From the NCBI RefSeq assembly GCF_001194135.2, contig NC_068989.1:6360547-6424546 (forward strand): a stretch of DNA of 64,000 bases. The letters run 5' to 3'. This document shows positions 53,290 through 64,000 of the stretch, one piece after another. Every line of letters starts with the position of its first letter. The stretch's first letter is position 1. The notes under the pieces were generated by a model. That model had not been told where the DNA came from and ran no database searches. It saw nothing but the letters and a program-made list of their open reading frames with translations. The position numbers and the translations under genes are program-made. This DNA comes from Octopus bimaculoides. Lineage: Eukaryota.

Positions 53290-53690
53290 GCCTTTGTGTC
53301 AGTGTTTATCCCCCCACCACCACTTGATAACTGGTGTTGGTTTGTTTATGTTCCTGTAACTTAGCAGTTTGGCTAAACAGACTGACAGAATAAATACTAG
53401 GCTGACAGAAACATTAGCATGCCGGGCGAAATGCTTAGCAGTATTTTGTCTGCCACTACGTTCTGAGTTCAAATTCCGTCGAGGTCGACTTTGCCTTTCA
53501 TCCTTTCGGGGTCAATAAATTAAGTACCAGTTATGCACTAGGGTCGATGTAATCGACTTAATCCCTTGTTTGTCCCCTCTATGTTTAGCCCCTTGTAGGC
53601 AGTAAAAAAATAAGTAGTAGGCTTAAAAAAATAATTCCTTGGGTCTATTTGTCTGACTAAAGCCCTTAAAGGTGGTACCCCAACATGGCC
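53290..53690 (+). mobile_element. SINE family A 3' module interrupted by a family B copy (53401-53612)
   Basis: Duplication aataaatactaggct (53389-53403) / aataagtagtaggct (53609-53623) flanks the B copy. Confidence 0.8.
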
Positions 53691-53908
53691 ACAGTGTGCG
53701 TGTGCATGTGTGTGTGTGTGTGTATCAAAACAGGAGATTGGGAAATTTGAGATTGTGCTTCAAGAGGACATGACTTGGATTTTAACCTTGTGTGTATGCA
53801 TGTGTGTGTGTGTGTATATATATACATACACATGCACACAAATATATATATATGTATATACATGTATGTATATACATATATATATATTTGTGTGCATGTG
53901 TATGTATA

Positions 53909-53945
<37 letters not shown>

Positions 53946-55504
53946 CATACACACGTATATACATGCATGTATATATGTTTATATGCACACACACACACAC
54001 ACACGTGTGTGTGTGTGTGCGTGCGTGCATGTGTGTGTGCGTGTGTGTGTGTGTGCATGTGTGTGTGCATGTACCATAGGGCTCATTTCGGGTAGAATAT
54101 TACTTCAAAGGTATTTAGCATTTCAAGGAGAGATCAACAATTTATGAAAATGATTATGATTAAGATGGGGTGAGGTGGGGGGAAGTAAAACATCTTCTTC
54201 ATAACAAAGAATATCTTCATTCTTTAATTCTTGTTTCTTATTCTCTTCTCTCGTTTTCTTATTCTTTTATTCTTCATCTTCTTCCTCGTCATTTCTCTAC
54301 ATTTTAGCTAATATTGATTTCGTTTCGTTTTATTTCAGGTATTCATTATGGGGATTGCTTTTATCTTCCCTCTCAACAAATAAAATATTAATAAAGGAAT
54401 ATACACATGTGTATGTAAGTATATATGCATGTATATATACATGTTTGTGTGTGTGAGTATGTGTGTGTGTGTGTGTGTATGTATCTATAAGATGTTATTA
54501 GTATGCATTTATCTATTTGCTTACAGATGTATATCATATATACATATATGTGTATGTGTTTATATATATATACATATATATATATATACACACACATACA
54601 CACAAATTTATTGAGACAACACACTCACATAGATATACTTATATATACATACACAATATATGTGTATGCGCGATACACGTATATATATATATATATATAT
54701 GTATATACATGTGTATATATATATATGTGTGTGTGTGTGTGTATATATATACATACATATAGATAGATAAATAGATAGCTAGATAGAGAGATAGATAGAT
54801 AGATAGATAGATANNNNNNNNNNNNNNNNNNNNNNNNNNNNNNNNNNNNNNNNNNNNNNNNNNNNNNNNNNNNNNNNNNNNNNNNNNNNNNNNNNNNNNN
54901 NNNNNNNNNNNNNNNNNNNNNNNNNNNNNNNNNNNNNNNNNNNNNNNNNNNNNNNNNNNNNNNNNNNNNNNNNNNNNNNNNNNNNNNNNNNNNNNNNNNN
55001 NNNNNNNNNNNNNNNNNNNNNNNNNNNNNNNNNNNNNNNNNNNNNNNNNNNNNNNNNNNNNNNNNNNNNNNNNNNNNNNNNNNNNNNNNNNNNNNNNNNN
55101 NNNNNNNNNNNNNNNNNNNNNNNNNNNNNNNNNNNNNNNNNNNNNNNNNNNNNNNNNNNNNNNNNNNNNNNNNNNNNNNNNNNNNNNNNNNNNNNNNNNN
55201 NNNNNNNNNNNNNNNNNNNNNNNNNNNNNNNNNNNNNNNNNNNNNNNNNNNNNNNNNNNNNNNNNNNNNNTGTAGAAGTCTATATACACACAAATATCTA
55301 TATACATACACAAATATATATGTGTGTGTATGTGTGTATGTATATATGCATGTATGTGTTTTTATATTGTCATATGCATAGACATATATGGCCATATACA
55401 CATAAATATATGTCTATACACATGCACACACACTTCACACATGCATTCACACATGCACACAAACACACATGCATGCATAAATGTATGTGTGCATGTCTAT
55501 ATCA

Positions 55505-55536
<32 letters not shown>

Positions 55537-55573
55537 CATACATATAGATAGATAAATAGATAGCTAGATAGAG

Positions 55574-55606
<33 letters not shown>

Positions 55607-55771
55607 CAGAGACAGACAAACAGGCAGACAGAGAGATAGACAGACAGACATACATACATACATACAGACAGACCGATAGACAGATAGATAGACAGCCATT
55701 CCCATATACATATGACCATATACAACATTACACATTCAAACATATGTATACATACATGCACCTATGTATGT

Positions 55772-55828
<57 letters not shown>

Positions 55829-56117
55829 CATACATATATATACACACAACTACATCGTGTATGTGTGTGTTTTATCTAAAAAAAAAAATTCCCAGCCAAC
55901 CACTCCCATTTAGCAGGTGCTTTATTTGAATATTTGTGTGAATCAATGCTCCCCACTGTTAGGTTTTTATAGAAAGGTGAGAATTTATATAGAGTTTATA
56001 TATCAGACTTTGGTGTGTCATTAATCTTATGTTTCCACTAACAGAAACCACTTTGTCTGACTCATGTGTTAAGACTGACTAAAGTTTATTTGAAACTGTG
56101 TTTAAAATAAAAAGCCA

Positions 56118-56470
56118 GGTATGGCTATGTGATTAAGAAGCTCACTTTGCAACCAGGCGGTTTGTAGGTTCAACCCCACTCTGGGCAGGTGTCTTCTACC
56201 ATAGCCCCGCCCTGGTCAATGCCTTCTTAGTGAATCTGTTTGATGGAAACTGTGTGGAAGCATCTTTTGTGTGTGTGTGTGTAGGTTTGGCTTTTTGCCA
56301 GTGTTAGTTTGTTTATGTCCCTCTAACTTAGTGGCTCACCAAAAGAGACTGAAAGAATACAGTAACAGACTTAAAAAGAAATAAAAGTACCAGAATCAGT
56401 TTGTTTGGCTAAAACCCTTCAATGCAGTGCCCCAGCATGGCCACAGTACATGACTGGAACAAGTAAAAGA
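56118..56470 (+). mobile_element. SINE family A, degenerate
   Basis: ggtatggctatgtgattaagaagc...gggcaggtgtcttctacc...cagcatggccacagtacatgactggaacaagtaaaag. Confidence 0.75.
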
Positions 56471-56519
56471 AGTTCAATGACGATTATTACTGATTTGATA
56501 TTTTTTCTATGATACTTTT

Positions 56520-56668
56520 ATTCCTTTAATGGTTTCAATTCTTTTAATGGTTTTCAATTCTTTTAATGGTTTTCAATTCTTTTAATGGTTTTCAATTTTT
56601 TTAATGGTTTCCATTCTTTTAATGGTTTCAGTTCTTTTAATGGTTTTCAGTTTTTAATGGTTTCAGAT
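56520..56668. repeat. ~19-bp minisatellite, about 8 units (TTTTAATGGTTTTCAATTC)
   Basis: Direct inspection. Confidence 0.9.
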
Positions 56669-56795
56669 TTTAATGAAGGACTGCTGCAACAAGTGTGTGA
56701 ATCTGAGATTAGAATATGTTGATTATAATCTTAATTAACTGATCCTCCTGTATTTTCTTTTGCACAAAGCCAGGAACTTTTCATCACTCCATCTT
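56668..56795 (-). mobile_element. Half copy of the mariner-like MITE seen at 8957
   Basis: Reverse complement aaaagttcctggcttt...aatacaggaggatcagtt...ctcagattcacacac.t.ttgcagc.gtccttc matches 8971-9078. Confidence 0.75.
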
Positions 56796-56869
56796 ATACA
56801 AACACACACACACATACTTATCATATATATATATGTGCATTTATGTGTGTGTGTATATACAGATATTTA

Positions 56870-57100
56870 TTGGGTTGTCCAGAAAGTTCGTGCCGGTTTA
56901 TAGTAGCTTACCTTTTGACTTGTTTGCTATGAAACCACCTCAATTCTGGGAAGAGGGTATTTTCAAGTTACAGGTAAAATGGAGACACATTGTGCAAAAA
57001 AAAAAGGGTTCATATTTGGTTGATTAAAAATGTAATGGCAAGTATTTATTGACCTTTTTCTTTCCTTTAAAAATCGGCACGAACTTTCCAGACAACCCAA
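56870..57100 (+). mobile_element. Mariner deletion derivative (231 bp) keeping the transposase C-terminus
   Basis: ~30-bp TIRs ttgggttgtccagaaagttcgtgccggttt / aaatcggcacgaactttccagacaacccaa, TA TSDs; interior FAMKPPQFWEEGIFKLQVKWRHIVQKKKGSYLVD*. Confidence 0.9.
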
Positions 57101-57272
57101 TAATTAAAATGGTCATTTATGTATACAACCAACTGCTGACAGTGGATATACATTAAGTATGATAAATAGATGGTTATATAAACGATGATGATGATGATAT
57201 ATACACATATTATACACACACACATATATACACATACATATGTATCCTATTATTGAATTTAAATATAACTCT

Positions 57273-57432
57273 CGGAGTGGTTGACGTTAGGAAGGGCATC
57301 CAGCTGTAGAAACTCTGCCAAATCAGATTGGAGCCTGGTGCAGCCATCTGGTTTCACCAGTCCTCAGTCAAATCGTCCAACCCATGCTAGCATGGAAAGC
57401 AGACGTTAAACAACGATGATGACGATGATGAT
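57273..57432 (+). mobile_element. SINE family C 3' part
   Basis: ggagtggttgacgttaggaagggcatccagctgtagaaactctgcc...gacgttaaac. Confidence 0.9.
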
Positions 57433-58329
57433 GACACACACATATGTGTACACATGTATGTATGAGGAAGTAGGTGTGTGTGTGTGGATATCTGTGCATG
57501 TGTGTAAAAACATTTGCGTGTGTGTGTGTGAGTGCAACGTTGAGTGCGTGTCGCAGTCACATTTGTATTCTTTGATAAATAAACCATCTCTCACTAGAAT
57601 GACTAAGAACAATAGCCAGAGTGAACCGTCTCCTTTGTCATCACAGATGACACAGCATTCACCGATTTGACCTTTCTTAGTTTCTGTCTGTTTCCAGAGA
57701 TGAAAGATCTCACTAAAAAACAAATTTCATGGCCACAGGCTCTCTCACACACACAGAAACAATTTTATATAAACGTGGATTTTTCTTTTATTTCTTCTTG
57801 ACCTAAAGATAGGAGAAAGATTAAGTTTATTCCTATCCGTTTATACACGACCCACCTTCAATTTGTCTACAGCCTCACTATATAGCTATTTTTATACCTA
57901 TCTGTTTGTGAGCATCTACCTTTTTATCTATACATAAGTAGGTGTCTGTCTATATATTTACGTAATTGTTTCAATACCTACTTACCTCTCTATCTACCTC
58001 ACTATTTACAGACTTATAAAAATAACTTACCTGTCAAACAATCACTCAATCTATCTACCTATTGATCTATTTGAGCTTGACTATCATTATCTATCTATTT
58101 ACCTACCTACTTCTCATCCACACACAAACATATGTATGTATGTATGTATGCTATCAAGCTATCTACCTATCTCTTGACTTAGCTACCTGAGAATCTAACA
58201 TTCTGTCAATACACCTGCCAATCAAAATAACTACCTATATATATATATATATATATANNNNNNNNNNNNNNNNNNNNNNNNNNNNNNNNNNNNNNNATAT
58301 GTATGTATGTATGTATATGTACCTGTGTG

Positions 58330-58450
58330 TCGTCATCGTCATTGTCTAACGTTCGTTTTCCATGCTGGCATGGGTTGGATGGTTTGACTGAGGTCTGGAA
58401 AGCCAGTGGCTGTACCAGGCCCAAATCTGATCTGGCAATGTTTCTACACC
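58330..58450 (-). mobile_element. SINE family C 3' end
   Basis: aacgttcgttttccatgctggcatgggttggatggtttgac. Confidence 0.75.
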
Positions 58451-58735
58451 TGGCTCTGTGTGTACATATAAGTATATATACATATACATATACACACACA
58501 CACACACATGCACACATATAGGTACATATGTACACTTTCACATACACAAACACACACACACATATATGTATGTATATATGTATGTGTGTGTGTGCACATG
58601 TGTATGTATTGAAGATTGTTATGTTCAAATGAGATAGCATGATGGTTCACCAATGCTTAGAACTCTATGTTTATCCAAATCTAAACCCAAAACTGAACAG
58701 AAATGTCATCCAATATATATTTTAATAATAAAGGC

Positions 58736-58945
58736 TGTGAGCTGGCAGAATCGTTAGCACGCTGGGTGAAATGCTTAGTGGTATTTCGTCTGTCTTTATG
58801 TTCTGAGTTCAAATTCTGCTGAGGTTGACTTTACCTTTCATCCTTTTGGGGCCGATAAATTAAGTACCAGTTGAACGCTGTGGTCGATGTAATCGACTCA
58901 TCCCCTCCCACAAAACTGCTGCCCATGTGACAAAATTTGAAACCA
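58736..58945 (+). mobile_element. SINE family B variant (left member of an inverted pair)
   Basis: gagctggcagaatcgttagc...ttcatccttttggggccgataaattaagtaccag...gtcgatgtaatcgac. Confidence 0.9.
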
Positions 58946-59039
58946 TTATTATTATTATTATTATTATTATTATAATTATTATTATTATTATTATTATAAG
59001 GCGGGAGGAGCTGGCAGAAACGTTATAATAATAATCCTT

Positions 59040-59250
59040 TCTAATGTAGGCACCAGGCCTTAAATTTAGGTGGAAGGGGGCCAGTCGATTAGATCGTCCC
59101 CAGTACACAACTGGTACTTAATTTATCGACCCTGAAAGGATGAAGGACAAAGTTGACCTTGGTGGAATTTGAACTCAGAACGTGGTTATGGGCGAAATAC
59201 TGGTAAGTACTTCACTCAACATGCTAACGACTCTGCCAGTTCACCACCTT
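59040..59250 (-). mobile_element. SINE family B variant (right member of an inverted pair)
   Basis: gtcgattagatcgtccccagt...ctggtacttaatttatcgaccctgaaaggatgaagg...gctaacgactctgccagttc. Confidence 0.9.
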
Positions 59251-60431
59251 AATAATGATAATAATAATAATAATAATGATTTCACCTATTTGCCACAAGG
59301 GTGAAGGATGAGGGGAACAATACAGAGACAGACATAAAGTGTAGGGGGTTTACATATAATAATGAAATTAGTATAAAAATAATAAAGTATACATAGCATA
59401 CAAAGGCAAAAGAAAAAAAGGGGTTGGAGAGGATGAGAGATATGTGGCCCTCCTGATATAAGAATGCCTCTAGGAATCATCAAAGGACCCTACTGTCTGA
59501 GATTTCCCTGAAACCCCAAGAGCAAGTGCCATCTCCAATTCCTTTTCTCCACCATAATAATGATAATAATTGTTACTAATTCAGGTAGAAGATCAGCAGT
59601 TTCAAGGGTTCGGAGTTAGGGGATTGCTTTGACCCCAGTTTTTGAGCAGGGTGTTATTTTATTGAACCAGATAGAATAGAAGTCAAGGTTGGTCTTGACA
59701 TGATTCGAACACAAAACATAAAGAATCATAAGAAATACCTCCAAGCATTTTGTCTGACACACTAATCGTTCTGTCAGTTTGTTGCGTTAGTGTTATTAAT
59801 AATAAATTAGTAAATTGATTAAAAAGCAGACAGAAGATATAAGTAAACAAATAAGAAGAAGAACAACAGTTTTAAGCCAAAACCCGATTATGATAGTGTT
59901 ATGTGGCCTCTCCCTCATCTCCACCACATCCGTCAACAACACATCGCAATAAACAAACTCAGTAAACTTTCAAACTTTCTCTTAAGCAAGTCTATGGCGC
60001 TGTTCACACACACTGCGATCAGTGAGTCATCATCGAATGTTTGGTTGGCCACTGTTAATCAGTACCGAATTAACGATGCTAGAGAAACTGCAATAACATC
60101 AATAACAACAACAACATCAACAGTAATAGACACAGCCAATCAGAGAGCTGGATTTAACAAGGAAGCAGCTACGTGGTCGTCTGCTCTGCTAAACATAGCA
60201 ACCAAATCCCCTATCAAAATCTCAACCAACCGTTTCAAAACAACAAAACCCGGGGGACAGATTCAGCAACGTGATCCTTAATACACAAATGGAAAGAAAG
60301 GGTCAAGGGGTCAGAATACCTTTGATTATAGGGATGTGCAATCAGGTTGGGTGGGCATGGGAGTTAAAACAAAACAGAAAAGCAACAAGATGAAGTATTA
60401 ATAGTCAAAAGAGGAAGATTATCTTTTAACT

Positions 60432-60640
60432 TTTTAAAGTCTTTCAGTCATTAGACTGTGGCCATGCTGGGGCAGTGCTTTGAGGGGTTTATTTAAACAA
60501 ATCATTTCCAATGCTTATCGTTTTAAAGTCTTTTACATATACTCTATCGGTCTAAGTTATGGGGATGTAAACAAACCAACACTGGGTGTCAAACAGTGGT
60601 TGGACAAACACAAACACACACATACATATATATACACACA
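60432..60640 (-). mobile_element. SINE family A 3' module
   Basis: tttcagtcattagactgtggccatgctggggcagtg...ctaagttatggggatgtaaac. Confidence 0.75.
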
Positions 60641-60804
60641 CATATTATTCTTAAAACAAGAATATTATTGTTAGAGACTTCGAAGTTTCAACCAGATAGG
60701 CCATTGTCGGACTGTCCATATGAGATTGTTTTAATTATAACTGAACATAAAAGAAACGCGCGTGTGTGTGTGTGTGTGTGTGCATGATAGGATTCCACAC
60801 AGTT

Positions 60805-61021
60805 TCTTATTTCTTTACTGCCCACAAGGGGCTAAACACAGAGGGGACAAACAAAGACAGACAAACGGATTAAGTCGATTACATCGACCCCAGTGCGTAA
60901 CTGGTACTTAATTTATCGACCCTGAAAGGATGAAAGGCAAAGTCGACCTCGGCGGAATTTGAACTCAGAACGTAACGGCAGACGAGATACCGCTAAGCAT
61001 TTTACCCAGTGTGCTAACGAT
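60805..61021 (-). mobile_element. SINE family B, young
   Basis: tttctttactgcccacaaggggctaaac...gtcgacctcggcggaatttgaactcagaacg; CpGs retained; runs into gap. Confidence 0.92.
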
Positions 61022-61699
61022 NNNNNNNNNNNNNNNNNNNNNNNNNNNNNNNNNNNNNNNNNNNNNNNNNNNNNNNNNNNNNNNNNNNNNNNNNNNNNNN
61101 NNNNNNNNNNNNNNNNNNNNNNNNNNNNNNNNNNNNNNNNNNNNNNNNNNNNNNNNNNNNNNNNNNNNNNNNNNNNNNNNNNNNNNNNNNNNNNNNNNNN
61201 NNNNNNNNNNNNNNNNNNNNNNNNNNNNNNNNNNNNNNNNNNNNNNNNNNNNNNNNNNNNNNNNNNNNNNNNNNNNNNNNNNNNNNNNNNNNNNNNNNNN
61301 NNNNNNNNNNNNNNNNNNNNNNNNNNNNNNNNNNNNNNNNNNNNNNNNNNNNNNNNNNNNNNNNNNNNNNNNNNNNNNNNNNNNNNNNNNNNNNNNNNNN
61401 NNNNNNNNNNNNNNNNNNNNNNNNNNNNNNNNNGCTTTTACTAAGGATAGGTCTCCTCTCACTGCTACCACTGCTACCATTTATTCTACCAATCAGCAAC
61501 AACAACAACAACAGTGACAAAATCAAAGCTAATTGCAATGCATTTCTTGTTGGTGATGGTGTTTTTTTTTTTTTTTTGCTGGTGTTGATAATAAACGAGA
61601 ACGAATTGATTAACTAATAAATAAGCTTTGGACTTCTTCCTCAACAGTTATCAATAAGTTTCATTCATTTGCAGAGGTCATCACCCTGATGTTGGTGCT

Positions 61700-62060
61700 G
61701 CTCTTGATAATGATGATGGTGGTGCTGCTGGTGGTGATGGTGGTGCTGCTGGTGGTGATGGTGGTGCTGCTGCTGGTGATGGTGGCAATGGTTATGATGA
61801 TGATGGTGGTGGTGGTTATGATAATGATGATGGGGTGGTGATGATGATGATGGTGGTGGTGGTGGTGATGATGATAAGATGGGGTTGTTGGTGGCAAAGG
61901 TTATAATGATGATGATGATGGGATGGTGGTGGTGATGATGATGATGGGATGGTGGTGGTGGTGGCAATGGTGATGGTGATGATGATGGGGTGGTGATGAT
62001 GATGATGATGATGACAGTGATGGATGATGCTGGTGATGGTGATAATGACGATGATGGTGA
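61700..62060. repeat. (GGT/GAT)n degenerate tract
   Basis: Direct inspection. Confidence 0.9.
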
Positions 62061-62479
62061 CGGTGAAAATAAATAATGATTACAGGAGGAGAAGGAGGAG
62101 AGGGTAGACGGATGGATTTCTGCTCTTCATTCAATGCAATCATTAAAATTCAAAATTAGTTTTGTTTTCGGTTTGCTTTTTGTTTTGTTTAATTTATCTA
62201 TTTATTTCGTGTGTGTGTGTGTGTGTGTGTGTGCTATGTTATGACCCTCGATGTGTTAGTATAACCTTTAGTATTGACCACAAAATATCTTGTGTTTATT
62301 TTCGTGTCATGTGACTGCTTCATTCTCACATCACAATCATCATCATCATCCTCATCTTCATCATCATCCTCTTCTTCCTCCTCTGCCGCCTCATTATTTC
62401 TCTCGTCACTGATTGGATGTCGTCTGCGACTGGTTTTCCCGGCTGACATGAGTTAGATAGATCTGAACCATGACAGGCA

Positions 62480-62620
62480 AATAATCCTTCATTTAATCCT
62501 GTTATCCATGATGTCCAGCGCTTCATGGATTCTATGCCAGCATAAATCAAAAGGAGATCAAACCTAGCCATTTCTTTCCATGCCTTCCTTGGCCTTCTTT
62601 TACCACAAATACTGTCCAGT
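62480..62620 (-). pseudogene. Possible RTE LINE 3' remnant
   Basis: Minus frame GKRRPRKAWKEMARFDL resembles RTE GRGRPRKTWxExVxxDL. Confidence 0.35.
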
Positions 62621-62979
62621 GTCTGGAAGTGACCCCAAGGGCTGTGAGTTTGAATCTAACGAGGGGCTTTGGACTGTATGTCTGTTGTATGTCCCTATTT
62701 GTGTTTAGGATCACGGGTGGCCGTGAGGTTAGGAAATTGGCTTCTCAGTCGAATTGTTATGGGTTCAATTGACAATGATAATAATGACGATTGTGGTGGT
62801 GGTGGTGGTGGTGGTAGCAAAGGTGATGGTGACAACGATGACAATAATGGTGATGATGATGGTTGTGGTTGTGGTGGTAGTAGTGGTGGCAGCGGTGGTG
62901 ATGATGATGATGATGATATACAAGTGAATTTCAAGCAACAACTCTTTTGTCCAGCTGATGCAATCAATGTAAATGTATT

Positions 62980-63315
62980 ATTTTACTTGTTTCAGTCACC
63001 TGACTGTGGCCATGCTGGAGCACCACCTTTATTAGAACAAATCAACTCCAGGACTTATTCTTTGTAAGCCTAGTACTTATTCTATTGGTCTCTTTAGCCG
63101 AACCTCTAAGTTATGAGGGACGTAAACACACCAGCATCAGTTGTCAGACGATGTTGGAGGGACAAACACACACACATGCATATATATATATACATATACG
63201 ATGGGCTTCTTCCAGTTTCCATCTACCAGATACTTGCCCAAGGTGCCATGCAATGGGACTGAACCCAGGACCATGTGGTTGGTAAGCAAGCTACTTCCCA
63301 CACAGCCACTCCTGT
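62980..63315 (-). mobile_element. SINE family A with internal deletion in the head
   Basis: The reverse head jumps from ttccatctaccaga to tacttgcccaaggtgcc, dropping ~45 bp. Confidence 0.85.
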
Positions 63316-63418
63316 GAAAGAAAGTCAAATTTGGGTAAATCTAAACTATGTATACATTATATGATATATATCATGACGCATTTTTCTGGTGTTCCTCAAT
63401 TATTACATTTTATTATTA

Positions 63419-63449
<31 letters not shown>

Positions 63450-63595
63450 AAAGCTCTGGTTTTAATCCCATTGAGTACTACAGTAAACCTTTTATACTGA
63501 AGTATGTTTTATTGCAATTGAGTAATATTTATCATTACATATGCACACATCCACACATTCACAAACATATGTACTCACACCAAGTATAATAGACA

Positions 63596-63640
<45 letters not shown>

Positions 63641-63701
63641 TACACGCTCACAGGCATATGTAGTTACAATGAATATATTTGCATATATACATATGTGAAA
63701 T

Positions 63702-64000
63702 AGGGAAAGAGGGCGGCTTATAAATGCCAAAACCTACCCTGGCGAAGAATGTACCCCACAACATAGATTAGTAGTTAGCGACTTTGGGATCAAGGCAAAA
63801 TGGGTGCCCAGAATTAGACAGGCTTGGAGAAGAAGGGTGTGGAAGCTTAAAGACCCTGCAAACGGACAGAGACTTAGAGACAAGTTACTTGAAGCATTTA
63901 ACGAAATAGAAGGGGATATAGCATCATACAACGTGGAAGACAATTGGAGATTTCTGCGGGACAACCTGTTGAAAGCCACCGACCAGATTTGTGGGTGGTG
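63702..64000 (+). mobile_element. 5'-truncated RTE-clade LINE ORF (end of AP endonuclease plus linker), continues beyond window
   Basis: Stop-free RERGRLINAKTYPGEECTPQHRLVVSDF...RRRVWKLKDP...VEDNWRFLRDNLLKATDQICGW; PGExxxxQHRLVV and WKLK are RTE hallmarks. Confidence 0.85.

Noticed and set aside
54322-54392. Strong plus-strand acceptor followed by short frame IHYGDCFYLPSQQIKY*
   Set aside because: It follows low-complexity CT-rich DNA that produces acceptors by chance, with no supporting evidence.
54700-55600. Near-identical microsatellite junction sequence on both sides of the gap (also 43205-43300)
   Set aside because: Most likely contig-overlap assembly artefacts.
58022-58045. Minus-strand CAG|GTAAGT
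   Set aside because: It lacks a polypyrimidine tract and sits in a degenerate TCTA array, so it is much weaker than the 41404 site.
59901-60281. 126-aa ORF in partly unique sequence
   Set aside because: No recognisable motif; includes an (AAC) tract and a family G repeat fragment.

Overview
AT-rich, repeat-saturated eukaryotic DNA from a gapped draft assembly. There are many N runs, mostly falling inside (TA)n/(CA)n arrays. The SINE families and microsatellite load suggest an octopod cephalopod; this is an inference from pattern, not a database match. No cellular protein-coding gene can be called with confidence, and nearly all ORFs in the supplied track are microsatellite or gap artefacts. 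The window holds about 40 copies or fragments of at least six SINE-like families (labelled A, B, C, D, F and G here), Tc1/mariner, piggyBac-like and hAT-like MITEs, and decayed LINE pieces (CR1-like, REL/R4-like, RTE). An uninterrupted RTE ORF runs off the right edge. The most notable signals: (1) four type I hammerhead-ribozyme-like motifs in the first 8.5 kb, including a divergent inverted pair forming a 320-bp fold-back and one carried in a tRNA-headed SINE-like element; (2) a strong minus-strand AG|GTGAGT candidate recursive splice site; (3) a CR1/REL LINE junction; (4) a tail-to-tail SINE pair able to form long dsRNA. Repeat coordinates are hand-read and approximate (about +/-10 bp unless TIR/TSD-defined).
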